Below are positions 26,943 to 35,698 of a DNA stretch of 64,000 nucleotides, piece after piece. Under the pieces are notes generated by a model. It did not search any database. It was not told the origin of the DNA and saw nothing but the letters and a program-made list of their open reading frames with translations. Origin of the DNA: Clostridiales bacterium (GTDB lineage Bacteria > Bacillota > Clostridia > Christensenellales > UBA1242); the NCBI GenBank assembly GCA_015055745.1, contig SVHS01000003.1:61655-125654 (forward strand). Reading direction: 5' to 3'. How positions within the stretch are numbered: position 1 is the first letter of the stretch; each line of letters opens with the position of its first letter. Position numbers and translations under genes: made by a program.

Positions 26943-27137
26943 TTAATCCTCTGTATCCTTTTTATCAAATTCTTTCTTTACCATTATAATCTTTCCTTTA
27001 GCTTTTTCCAAATCTTTTAAGCAATTTTTTGCCAATTTACAGCCTTCTTCGTATAATTTTAGGCTTTCATCAAGATTGGTACCATCTTCCAAAATTTTAG
27101 CTATCTCTTCCAATCTTTTTATATCTTGCTCTAACAT
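26943..27137 (-). CDS. xseB: Exodeoxyribonuclease VII small subunit
   Basis: 64-aa helical protein (LEEIAKILEDG..LDESLKLYEEG..L) directly after xseA. Confidence 0.88.
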   Translation of the reverse strand: MLEQDIKRLEEIAKILEDGTNLDESLKLYEEGCKLAKNCLKDLEKAKGKIIMVKKEFDKKDTED

Positions 27138-28306
27138 CTCTCCTCCTTATCGGTAATTTTTGCCTTATATTTCGTATCAAACGTAGTGATAGATATCTCA
27201 TCTCCGATATTTGTATTGTCCTTTGTAATCAAATCATTGCCTTTAGTAATATAAGAGTATCCTTTCATCATCAATCGACTCGGATTTAGCTTGTCTAAAC
27301 TATTTAAGGCCAAATTTACTCTAAAAGACGAACTGTCTATCTTATCAGTAAGCTTTTTGTCCAAAGATTGAAGATAATCATTGATAGATAATATCTGATC
27401 ATTGATCATCGAATTGATATTTCTCTCTATATCAGATATCAAGACTTTTATATTCATATCTGTGTCTGAGTATTTTACGTTTACATTTGATTGTATAGTA
27501 GCAAAGATGTCTTTTATATACCTTTTTACTTCGACATTGTCAAAAGCTACTAGCTCTGCAGCCGCACTTGGCGTAGGGGCTCTAAGGTCTGCTACAAAAT
27601 CTAATATACTAAAATCTGTCTCGTGACCTACCGCACTGATAAGAGGCTTATTGCAAATATGAGCTATGCGAGCTAACTCTTCATCATTGAACGGCATCAA
27701 GTCTTCTATACTACCGCCACCACGAGCGACAATAATAACGTCGACATCTGTCATATTGTCAAAATAAGTAATACCTTCTATCACATCTCTGACAGCGTAT
27801 TTACCCTGAACCTGTGCATCATATACCAATATATCTAGATTAGGATTTCTTCTACTAGTCACATTCTTTATATCTTGTAGTACTGCTCCTGTCTTACTAG
27901 TCACCACACCTATAGATTTGATAAACTTTGGTATAGGTTTTTTATATATTTCATCAAATAGTCCTTCTTTCTCAAGTCTTTCTTTAAGCTTTAGAAACTG
28001 TTGATACAATTCTCCCTGACCACATAGCTCTATCTTCAAAGCATTAAATGTCAGCTTTCCCCCTTTAGGATAATACTTTATATTTCCCCTTACGCTGACC
28101 ATATCACCAACATTGAACTCTTGATGACAATTAAACTGCACACAAGACAATAGATTGTCATTATCTTTGAGAGTAAAATATGCTATATTCCTAGTAATAG
28201 AAAAACTAGACAATTCACCAGTGACTAGAATATCCTCTAATACCAATTCATTGTCTATCAAGTCTTTTAATATTCTATTTATTTGCGTGACTGTATAGGT
28301 AATCAT
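27131..28306 (-). CDS. xseA: Exodeoxyribonuclease VII large subunit
   Basis: N-terminal OB fold (VTGELSSFS...HLYFTLKD-like AYFTLKD), VVTSKTGAVLQD, ARGGGSIEDL, ISAVGHETD. Confidence 0.93.
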   Translation of the reverse strand: MITYTVTQINRILKDLIDNELVLEDILVTGELSSFSITRNIAYFTLKDNDNLLSCVQFNCHQEFNVGDMVSVRGNIKYYPKGGKLTFNALKIELCGQGELYQQFLKLKERLEKEGLFDEIYKKPIPKFIKSIGVVTSKTGAVLQDIKNVTSRRNPNLDILVYDAQVQGKYAVRDVIEGITYFDNMTDVDVIIVARGGGSIEDLMPFNDEELARIAHICNKPLISAVGHETDFSILDFVADLRAPTPSAAAELVAFDNVEVKRYIKDIFATIQSNVNVKYSDTDMNIKVLISDIERNINSMINDQILSINDYLQSLDKKLTDKIDSSSFRVNLALNSLDKLNPSRLMMKGYSYITKGNDLITKDNTNIGDEISITTFDTKYKAKITDKEERC

Positions 28307-28677
28307 TACTTTAATATATCTGCTAATACTCCATGTATAAATCTAGGGCTTTTTTCTGTAGAATATTTCTTAGCTAGCTCCACAGCCTCATTGATGACTA
28401 CTTCTGTAGGGTTTTCCTTTATATAATGTAGCTCAATAATAGCTAATACTAAGATGGCTAAATCTATCTTGTATAGCCTATCTATGGTATATCCCTTGAG
28501 GTGAGTAGCTATAATATCGTTTATATTATGTTTATATTCCGTATAGTGAGTGAGTATATTATTGACAAACTCTAATCCCTCTTTATCTATATCCTTTATC
28601 TCTTCTTCTACTTCAGCATTGAAAAAACGTGAATATATCGCCTTGAAAGCAAGCTCTCTTGCTGTACTTCTTTTCAT
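28306..28677 (-). CDS. nusB: Transcription antitermination factor NusB
   Basis: MKRSTARELAFKAIY... with an AAGGAGA SD 5 nt upstream. The longer track ORF starts at a TTG. C-terminal ...FIHGVLADILK. Confidence 0.9.
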   Translation of the reverse strand: MKRSTARELAFKAIYSRFFNAEVEEEIKDIDKEGLEFVNNILTHYTEYKHNINDIIATHLKGYTIDRLYKIDLAILVLAIIELHYIKENPTEVVINEAVELAKKYSTEKSPRFIHGVLADILK

Positions 28678-28713
28678 AATAATCTCCTTTGATGACAAAA
28701 ACTCTCTCTAGTC

Positions 28714-29070
28714 TTAGAGAGAATCTTTTTCTGCATCCATGATATGGACATTGATGGCCTTTATCTTGATAGGTAATAAAGATGTAATGCTATTCTTTAC
28801 ATTTTGCTGTATACGATATACTACATCGTTTACTTCACTATCTACTGATACTACCACATATATATCTATAAGAATACCATTCTGAGTGTATTTGATCTTT
28901 ACACCATTTCCGATATTTTTATTGAACAATCTTTTGAGAGTCAATCTAGTAGACTTGTACATATCTACTACACCCTTTATCTCCTTGGTAGCCAGTGTCA
29001 CTATAGACACCACCATGTTCTTATTTACATATGTGTTGCTTTCGCCATTTATATTTCTTATTTGTGCCAT
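28714..29070 (-). CDS. Asp23/Gls24-family alkaline shock protein
   Basis: VVSIVTLATKEIKGVVDM... and ..VNVHIMD are typical of Asp23. Start at MAQIRN (GAGGAA SD). The track start is a TTG. Confidence 0.8.
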   Translation of the reverse strand: MAQIRNINGESNTYVNKNMVVSIVTLATKEIKGVVDMYKSTRLTLKRLFNKNIGNGVKIKYTQNGILIDIYVVVSVDSEVNDVVYRIQQNVKNSITSLLPIKIKAINVHIMDAEKDSL

Positions 29071-29120
29071 AGAACCTATTCCTCTGTCGTTATTATAACA
29101 CAAACGAAATTATTTAGCAA

Positions 29121-29609
29121 TTATTCTGACGGAATTATAACAATTTTATCAATTTCAATTCCTAACTGCTCAGTGACTACGCTTGTAATCTGAGCCACTT
29201 CTGTACCAGTAAGCTCTGCGCTCTTTACAAAAACATTTACATTGCTACTAGATGATGTCACAATAGCATCATCAAAGCCTTTTCCTCTAATAATACCCTC
29301 TGTCACCAATTCTTTTTCCATTTGAGCGATGAGAGCCATCTTATTGTCTTCTGCTTCTTGTTTCGCTTCTTCACTAGATGTAGCACTAGCTATGATAGAG
29401 TCATAAAACTGGATTTCTTGAGTCCTAGTAGCCTCACGCTCTGTCCTGTAGTTTGTATAAAAATTGGCATTTACTGCTGTAGCATTAGTCTGAGTAGCTG
29501 AGCTAGACAATGAGCTATTTAGAGCTACATTGACATAACCTGTCACCAATAATAGTGCAATCATAACTGATAAGATAATAATTTTTTTCTTTTTTGATAA
29601 TGTTTTCAT
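29121..29609 (-). CDS. spoIIIAH: Stage III sporulation protein AH
   Basis: N-terminal TM helix and a C-terminal YscJ/FliF-like region (KELVTEGIIRGKGFDDAIV). Last gene of the spoIIIA operon. Confidence 0.85.
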   Translation of the reverse strand: MKTLSKKKKIIILSVMIALLLVTGYVNVALNSSLSSSATQTNATAVNANFYTNYRTEREATRTQEIQFYDSIIASATSSEEAKQEAEDNKMALIAQMEKELVTEGIIRGKGFDDAIVTSSSSNVNVFVKSAELTGTEVAQITSVVTEQLGIEIDKIVIIPSE

Positions 29610-29617
29610 AAATCCTC

Positions 29618-30067
29618 CTATTCACTTGATAAAATTTCTATATTTCCATTAGTAATGTCTAATACAGCCTCTACAGCGTGCAAGACCTTGAGTTTCGTTG
29701 AAGCTATCTCGACTCCTTTTGCTGTCACTAGCACTCCTTTCACTGACGGGAAAGTACTCAACGTAATCCTCGAATCCAAGACTTCTGCTTGATCCATATC
29801 TAGAGTAATCATCACTTTCACATTTGTCACCCCTCCAATATTTGATAGTATGTCTTCTAGATTTTGCTCCAAGTCGTCTACATATTGTAAGACTGTCAAT
29901 TCATTAGTGGTCGTTTTACTGGTGTCTGACTTGTCAGAATGGAAATTTGATAGATAGATAAGTAATAAAATGACTATAAATATCACTGCGACGTAGATTT
30001 CTATGTGTTTTACATTTTTTAGCTTTTCTAACCACTTGATACCTGACTTTTTTCCTTTTTCATTCAT
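29618..30067 (-). CDS. spoIIIAG: Stage III sporulation protein AG
   Basis: TM helix followed by ..GGVTNVKVMITL...VKGVLVTAKGVE...LHAVEAVLDI. Confidence 0.85.
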   Translation of the reverse strand: MNEKGKKSGIKWLEKLKNVKHIEIYVAVIFIVILLLIYLSNFHSDKSDTSKTTTNELTVLQYVDDLEQNLEDILSNIGGVTNVKVMITLDMDQAEVLDSRITLSTFPSVKGVLVTAKGVEIASTKLKVLHAVEAVLDITNGNIEILSSE

Positions 30068-30533
30068 TTATTATTATCTCCTCATCAGCCAAGTCTAAAT
30101 TTTCCCCGACAACCTTTTTAATGAATTCATATTTATTTATATGCTGCTTGTCCGATGCGATGAACAAATTTTCCAAATTTACTGTACAGGAATTATAATG
30201 CAATTCGTTGTTTTCTATCGAATAATTTATAATAATGTCGATATTACTAAATCCTTCATCAGAAAGCTCCGTCTCTATGTATCGCTCTTGACTTTGTACT
30301 CGATTTGTAAAAATGTAAGTCATAAGATTCTCATTTACTTTATATTCGTCAAAAGTTAAATTAAAATCATGATGCTTGTTTAAAAACTGTATCAATGGAC
30401 TAAGCAATACCGCCACCACAAAGATAGAATATATGCTCTTTACATATTTATTGATTTCACCCGTAGGAATGACAATATCTATAAAGATACCCGCCATCAC
30501 TATACCTAATATACCTAAAATATAACTTGTCAT
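30060..30533 (-). CDS. spoIIIAF: Stage III sporulation protein AF
   Basis: Two N-terminal TM helices and operon position. The ATG at 30533 overlaps the spoIIIAE TGA (ATGA). The track start at 30536 is a GTG. Confidence 0.8.
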   Translation of the reverse strand: MTSYILGILGIVMAGIFIDIVIPTGEINKYVKSIYSIFVVAVLLSPLIQFLNKHHDFNLTFDEYKVNENLMTYIFTNRVQSQERYIETELSDEGFSNIDIIINYSIENNELHYNSCTVNLENLFIASDKQHINKYEFIKKVVGENLDLADEEIIINE

Positions 30534-31747
30534 CACATCACCACATTTGAGGTCGTCATGACTAGACCTACTGATATCAGATACATAAATCCTATAGCGA
30601 TTATCGCGCTAGATAGCATAGTAATCGACTTTGAAGTATCACTAAGGAAATTTGATGTCTTACTATTACCCATAGGCTGAAGCACTGCTGATACAAGCTT
30701 TAAAAGTAAGCTAAACACCACTATCTCTAATAATGGTGAAAGTATAGTGCTGATAATCATAAGTATGCCCACTAGACCTACTGAATTTTTGATTAAAATG
30801 CTACTAGAAAGGATCAAATCCATACCATCTGATAAATATCCACCCATGATAGGAATATAACTCTTTATGGTGTATTTTGTAGTCCTAATACTTACACTAT
30901 CAAAACTGCCCGCAGATATCCCCTGTATAGAAAATATAGCAAAGAACAAAGTGAATACCAATCCTACGCTCCACTTAAATAAGCTGGATACAAATGAATT
31001 GAATTTATCGAGCTTTATATTATCTGATAGATTTGATATAATACTAAACACAAAACTTACCATAAACAATGGCACTATAAAATAATGAAAGAAATCTGCT
31101 ACATATGTAGATATGATAGCTACTATAGGTTGAAATACTCCAGCTGATGCATTAGCACCTATTCCTATCATGAGAGTCAGTAGTATTGGAAATACTATAT
31201 TCATCTGATCTACCATGCTTTGCACTGATTTCCCTGTATTAGTAGCAAGTGATGAGATAATACCTATCACAAGGATCACTACAGATAAAAAACATACTAG
31301 ATTTATTAGATTGCTAGTCGACTTTTCACTAAACTTACTCTTTATACCATTTAGTAAATTGCTGATGACACCTATCGCTATGATAAGTGATAACATAGGG
31401 AGATATTTGAGTACCAGCTCTATAAGATTAGAAAATATACTGGCAAAAAAATTTGAATACGATACTGCGTTTTCACCTGAGATGATAGAATATACTTTAT
31501 TTTTGATATTGTCTATGGAGAAAACATTTGTTCTTTTAGCATTAAAATCCTCTATTATTACTTGAAATCCACTAAAATCAATCTCATCTAGTTCTTCTAT
31601 GACTGTGTTATTTAATTCTTCACTCAGTGCATATAATGTCTCATTGGCACAAAATGTCTGCATCGGCGATATGATAGAAAAAAGTATGATAACAATGACT
31701 AGCAGTATCACCAATCTTTTGTTTTGTAAATTTTGTACCTTTATCAT
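30533..31747 (-). CDS. spoIIIAE: Stage III sporulation protein AE
   Basis: ~400-aa polytopic membrane protein with a signal-like N-terminus. Position and size are typical. Confidence 0.88.
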   Translation of the reverse strand: MIKVQNLQNKRLVILLVIVIILFSIISPMQTFCANETLYALSEELNNTVIEELDEIDFSGFQVIIEDFNAKRTNVFSIDNIKNKVYSIISGENAVSYSNFFASIFSNLIELVLKYLPMLSLIIAIGVISNLLNGIKSKFSEKSTSNLINLVCFLSVVILVIGIISSLATNTGKSVQSMVDQMNIVFPILLTLMIGIGANASAGVFQPIVAIISTYVADFFHYFIVPLFMVSFVFSIISNLSDNIKLDKFNSFVSSLFKWSVGLVFTLFFAIFSIQGISAGSFDSVSIRTTKYTIKSYIPIMGGYLSDGMDLILSSSILIKNSVGLVGILMIISTILSPLLEIVVFSLLLKLVSAVLQPMGNSKTSNFLSDTSKSITMLSSAIIAIGFMYLISVGLVMTTSNVVM

Positions 31748-32130
31748 AGTAATGCCACCACCATATCTATCACTGTAGTGACTATAGGCAATGCTACGAC
31801 TAGTATTATAAGTTTAGCTGAAAATAGTATCTTATCTGCCACGCTGCTAGCTCCTGCATCAAGACATATATTAGCACCAAACTCCGCGATATAGCCTATG
31901 GCTACTATTTTAAGCAATGGCTTCAACAAGGTAGCATCTACCCCTGTGGTGTCGAAAATTTTATAAAAAGATGATATGACAGTATCAAGAATATCTACTG
32001 CCATGATAATGATAATCACACTACCTACTATTGAAATCAAAATAGCTATCTCTGGCTTAGTCTGCTTTACAAACATATGAGCAAATACCGTAACCAAAGC
32101 GACAGCTAATATTTTTACCAACTCTGTCAT
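31744..32130 (-). CDS. spoIIIAD: Stage III sporulation protein AD
   Basis: 128-aa 4-TM protein (..GYIAEFGANICLDAGASSVADKI..). Confidence 0.88.
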   Translation of the reverse strand: MTELVKILAVALVTVFAHMFVKQTKPEIAILISIVGSVIIIIMAVDILDTVISSFYKIFDTTGVDATLLKPLLKIVAIGYIAEFGANICLDAGASSVADKILFSAKLIILVVALPIVTTVIDMVVALL

Positions 32131-32135
32131 ATCAC

Positions 32136-32324
32136 CTAAAATACAAATAGATTTTTTACAGTATCAAACAAATCTTGGACAAGACCTATCACCATCAACA
32201 AGCTAATGACCAAGCCTGCCAATGTCGTAATAGATGCGATTTCTTCTTTACCACAGTACTTTAATATCTGGTTTACTATCGAAGTAATCAAACCTATGCC
32301 TGCCAATTTGAAAATAATCTCCAT
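32136..32324 (-). CDS. spoIIIAC: Stage III sporulation protein AC
   Basis: 62-aa 2-TM protein MEIIFKLAGIGLITSIVNQILKYCGKEE... with a GGAGGAGAT SD. The longer track ORF overlaps spoIIIAB. Confidence 0.85.
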   Translation of the reverse strand: MEIIFKLAGIGLITSIVNQILKYCGKEEIASITTLAGLVISLLMVIGLVQDLFDTVKNLFVF

Positions 32325-32332
32325 ATCTCCTC

Positions 32333-32806
32333 CTAAATCAACAATATCGCTAGTCCGATCGCAAATAACAAGGATAATTTTAAAATCATCGGACATAGCT
32401 TGTTTTTATCTTGCATAGCACTATCAAGTTTCATATCGACTGTCAATAAAAAATTGTCTAACTGTTTTATCTCATTTTCTGTGTCGTATTTTCCAATATT
32501 TTTGATAATATTTTCTAAATCATTTTTTTCTTCATCATTTAATATTTTTATCTGTGAAAGATCCAATTCATTTGTTTTTAAATAATTTTTATAAGAATTT
32601 ATAAATAAATTAAATTGTTTTTTTGCTTTAGTTTTATTTAAAAAATCATTGATTTTTTCTTGTCTAAAAGAAATATTGATTTTAAATTGATTTAAAAATA
32701 GTTTTAAATTATTGTAAAAATCATATTTATCCTTGTATTGCTCACTGATAGAATGCGCTATCAACATTATGACAAATATTAGGACAATGATAAGTATCCA
32801 CTTCAT
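32333..32806 (-). CDS. spoIIIAB: Stage III sporulation protein AB
   Basis: N- and C-terminal TM helices flank a helical cytoplasmic domain. Operon position. Confidence 0.82.
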   Translation of the reverse strand: MKWILIIVLIFVIMLIAHSISEQYKDKYDFYNNLKLFLNQFKINISFRQEKINDFLNKTKAKKQFNLFINSYKNYLKTNELDLSQIKILNDEEKNDLENIIKNIGKYDTENEIKQLDNFLLTVDMKLDSAMQDKNKLCPMILKLSLLFAIGLAILLI

Positions 32807-32809
32807 AAA

Positions 32810-33718
32810 TCACCTAGTCTTATAATAAATACAATTTAACTTTTCGTCGTAAATGTTAGCTAAAGTACCAGGTCCTTCATCACTGGTCAATACGATATAT
32901 CGTTGAAAATATTTTTCATCTATCACTCTAGCAAAGCTTGGCTTTTTCTTGAGCTGGTGTATATCTTGTGCGTGTATCGTGGCGATAATATTTACTCCAC
33001 TATTTATAGCCTCCATTACCGAGTCCAAATCGTTTTCCAGATCAAGTTCGTCAGTAATAATCAAATCAGGACGCATACTTCTGATACCATTTTTAAAAGC
33101 AAACTTTTTACTACAATTAGTATATATATCACAAAAATCACCTAAATCTAGTGATGTTTCGCCATTTACAGTAGTACAAATTTCGTTTCGCTCATCAGCT
33201 ACTAAAATATTTTTAGGGATATTGTGCTGATGAAATTGATATATAATATCACGTATAAAAGTAGTCTTACCACTACCTGGTGATGAGATAATGAGAGTGT
33301 TTTTTATATCACCATCAAAAATATAATCAAATGCCATTAGACTACAATTTTTCACAAAATGTGGTATACGAATATTCACTGATTGAAAGTCTTTGATGGT
33401 CACTATTTTTTCACCATCTGTGACTACTGTGCCAGATAGACCTACTCTAATACCTTTAGGTAAAGTAATAAATCCATTTTTGATATTTTCATTGAAAGCA
33501 TAGATAGAGTTTTCACTAGCTCGTTTGATAAAATTATCTAGCATTAACCTATCTACTTTTACATTATTTTGATCGTTGTCTTTCAGGTAATATTTTTTAT
33601 TTTTAATTACAATAATTAAATTAGAATTAATACGCATTCTAATCTCTGTAATGTCAGAAAAATTGAAATTTTTTATAATTAAATTGTAAATATCCCTATC
33701 TAAATATTCCTTTAACAT
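32810..33718 (-). CDS. spoIIIAA: Stage III sporulation protein AA (AAA+/secretion ATPase-like)
   Basis: Walker A SSPGSGKTT, Walker B LIITDEL. First gene of the 8-gene operon. No SD upstream. Confidence 0.9.
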   Translation of the reverse strand: MLKEYLDRDIYNLIIKNFNFSDITEIRMRINSNLIIVIKNKKYYLKDNDQNNVKVDRLMLDNFIKRASENSIYAFNENIKNGFITLPKGIRVGLSGTVVTDGEKIVTIKDFQSVNIRIPHFVKNCSLMAFDYIFDGDIKNTLIISSPGSGKTTFIRDIIYQFHQHNIPKNILVADERNEICTTVNGETSLDLGDFCDIYTNCSKKFAFKNGIRSMRPDLIITDELDLENDLDSVMEAINSGVNIIATIHAQDIHQLKKKPSFARVIDEKYFQRYIVLTSDEGPGTLANIYDEKLNCIYYKTR

Positions 33719-33754
33719 ACATCAAAATATTATTTAGAAAAAATTTTCATGCAC

Positions 33755-33784
33755 AAAAAAAATCGATACCACAAGAGTACCGAT
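33755..33784 (-). terminator. Intrinsic terminator of efp
   Basis: On the minus strand: AUCGGUAC-UCUUGUG-GUAUCGAU followed by a U-run. Confidence 0.7.
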
Positions 33785-33811
33785 TTTTCGTGTTTTTTAT
33801 TGAATTTAATT

Positions 33812-33842
33812 AATATTTTGCAAAATGATTTTTTACAAAATA
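33812..33842 (+). repeat. Degenerate copy (F) of the intergenic repeat
   Basis: AATATTTTGCAAAATGATTTTTTACAAAATATT aligns with copies A and B but has lost the CG dinucleotides. Confidence 0.35.
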
Positions 33843-34421
33843 TTACACTCTTTCCATATATTCGCCAGTACGAGTGTCGATACGAATCCTATCGCCTTCA
33901 TTGACAAATAGTGGAACCTGCAATGTATAACCTGTCTCTACAGTAGCTGGCTTGCCACCAGTCTTTACTGTATCGCCCCTCACACCTGGCTCAGCCTTTG
34001 TGATAGTCAACTCTACAAACATAGGTGGCTCTACATTGATAGGCTGATTGTTGTAAAATTGAACTTGGCAATTTACATTCTCTACTACAAACTGCAAAGC
34101 CTCTTTCACTGTGTCATAGTTAAATGGAATCTGATCATAAGTCTCATTATCCATAAAGTAGTACAAATCACCTTCATTGTATAGATACATCATCTCTTTT
34201 CTCTCGATAGATATATCGTTGATCTTTTCTGATGGGTTGTATGTCCTCTCGATAACTTTACCTGTAAGGACGTGCTTTAGAGTAGTACGAACGAAAGCTG
34301 CACCCTTACCTGGCTTTACGTGCTGGAAATCTACTACTAGATATAAACTTGGTTTTTTAGGGTCTGTAGATGTACCATCATCGAATATAACGCCCTTTCT
34401 AATATCTCCTGCTGTAATCAT
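33843..34421 (-). CDS. efp: Elongation factor P
   Basis: [10 protein letters not shown]..., [16 protein letters not shown] loop, C-terminal OB domains. Confidence 0.95.
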   Translation of the reverse strand: MITAGDIRKGVIFDDGTSTDPKKPSLYLVVDFQHVKPGKGAAFVRTTLKHVLTGKVIERTYNPSEKINDISIERKEMMYLYNEGDLYYFMDNETYDQIPFNYDTVKEALQFVVENVNCQVQFYNNQPINVEPPMFVELTITKAEPGVRGDTVKTGGKPATVETGYTLQVPLFVNEGDRIRIDTRTGEYMERV

Positions 34422-34485
34422 AAAATAATTTCTCCTTTTTATCTCGTTAGTTATTATAACATAATTTTATAATATTTTCAATCAA

Positions 34486-35340
34486 TCAGCCTAAGAAAAC
34501 TGACATTTTTGCTTGATTTTCGTGTATTTCTACCAATGCGAGCGTATCCGCATCATCTTTTAGCTGATAAACACCATCATTTTTATTAATCTGCAATTTT
34601 TGTCCATTCAATAATTTATTGTGCGTCTCCGCATCTACTTTCAGCGTCGGATAATCAATAAATTCTTGAATAGGCAAAATCCTATCAAACACATTATCTC
34701 GATTGATCTCGTGTATATCTTGACAATTTTCAATCGAAAATTTGTCAACTTTAGTCCTCACGAGAGAAGTCATGGTAACTTTTGAATTTAATTTTTCAGC
34801 TAAATCCCTGCCTATAGCTCTAATATATGTGCCACTACCACACTCTATAGATAATGTCAATATTTTGTTGATATATGAGACAAATCGTATATCATATATA
34901 TCTACTACCTTTGGCTTGAGCTCAAAGTCTATGTTTTGTCTAGCCAAGGAGTATGCACGAGCTCCATTGATAGATTTGGCGCTGTATTTAGGTGGGATTT
35001 GACTAATCTTACCGATGAACATAGGTAAAACTTGCTTTATTTGCTTTTCTGTCGGAATAATATCCGTAGTGGACATTACCACTCCAGTACTATCTAAAGT
35101 ATCTGTCTCATATCCAAAAGTAAATTGGGCTAGATATGTCTTTTTCTTCTTTTGCATAAGATCAAATAATTTAGTAGCTTTGCCAACCGTCACCAATAAT
35201 ACTCCAGTAGCCATAGGATCTAGAGTGCCTAGATGGCCAGTCTTGAGTGGTTTTAGCATATATTTTAATTTGTTTACCACGTCAAAGCTAGTCCAACCGC
35301 TAGGTTTATTGATGGCAATAATGCCTTTATTCTTCATCAT
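34486..35340 (-). CDS. truB: tRNA pseudouridine-55 synthase
   Basis: GIIAINKPSGWTSFDVV and the catalytic GHLGTLDPMATGVL. Confidence 0.93.
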   Translation of the reverse strand: MMKNKGIIAINKPSGWTSFDVVNKLKYMLKPLKTGHLGTLDPMATGVLLVTVGKATKLFDLMQKKKKTYLAQFTFGYETDTLDSTGVVMSTTDIIPTEKQIKQVLPMFIGKISQIPPKYSAKSINGARAYSLARQNIDFELKPKVVDIYDIRFVSYINKILTLSIECGSGTYIRAIGRDLAEKLNSKVTMTSLVRTKVDKFSIENCQDIHEINRDNVFDRILPIQEFIDYPTLKVDAETHNKLLNGQKLQINKNDGVYQLKDDADTLALVEIHENQAKMSVFLG

Positions 35341-35698
35341 CAGAGTCCGCCTCTGTAGAATAAGTGATATTTTTTAAGATATTTTCTATCTTGCTAGAAT
35401 ACTCTACTGACTCATCTTTTAAAAACTCCAATCTAGGAGTAATCCTAAGGCGAATCATCTTTGACAATCTGCCTCGTATGAAGCCTGCAGCACCCTTGAT
35501 ACGCGCTAAAACTTCATCGCTGGGTGTATTTCCTATAGAAGTGATATACACCCTGCAATATGATAAATCTGGTGTAGTCTCCACGCTACTGACACTAATT
35601 ATAGCATCTATCTGAGGGTCACGGATATCATTATCAATGATATGAGAGATAGCTTTTTGGATTTCACTATTGATTCTTTCGATCCTTACACTTTTCAT
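35327..35698 (-). CDS. rbfA: Ribosome-binding factor A
   Basis: RIERINSEIQKAISHII...DPQI..., and its position after infB. Confidence 0.92.
   Translation of the reverse strand: MKSVRIERINSEIQKAISHIIDNDIRDPQIDAIISVSSVETTPDLSYCRVYITSIGNTPSDEVLARIKGAAGFIRGRLSKMIRLRITPRLEFLKDESVEYSSKIENILKNITYSTEADSDDEE

Noticed and set aside
31521-31534. AGAACAAATGTTTT (minus strand), which shares the 11-nt core of the SOS box, inside spoIIIAE
   Set aside because: Both outer positions of the half-sites are mismatched, and it lies in the middle of a coding sequence. One chance hit to an AT-rich 11-mer in 64 kb is plausible.
33719-33760. Sporulation-sigma (E/G) promoter upstream of spoIIIAA
   Set aside because: GCATG...AATAATAT elements are present, but the spacing and hexamers do not match any sporulation sigma consensus well enough for me to call one by eye.
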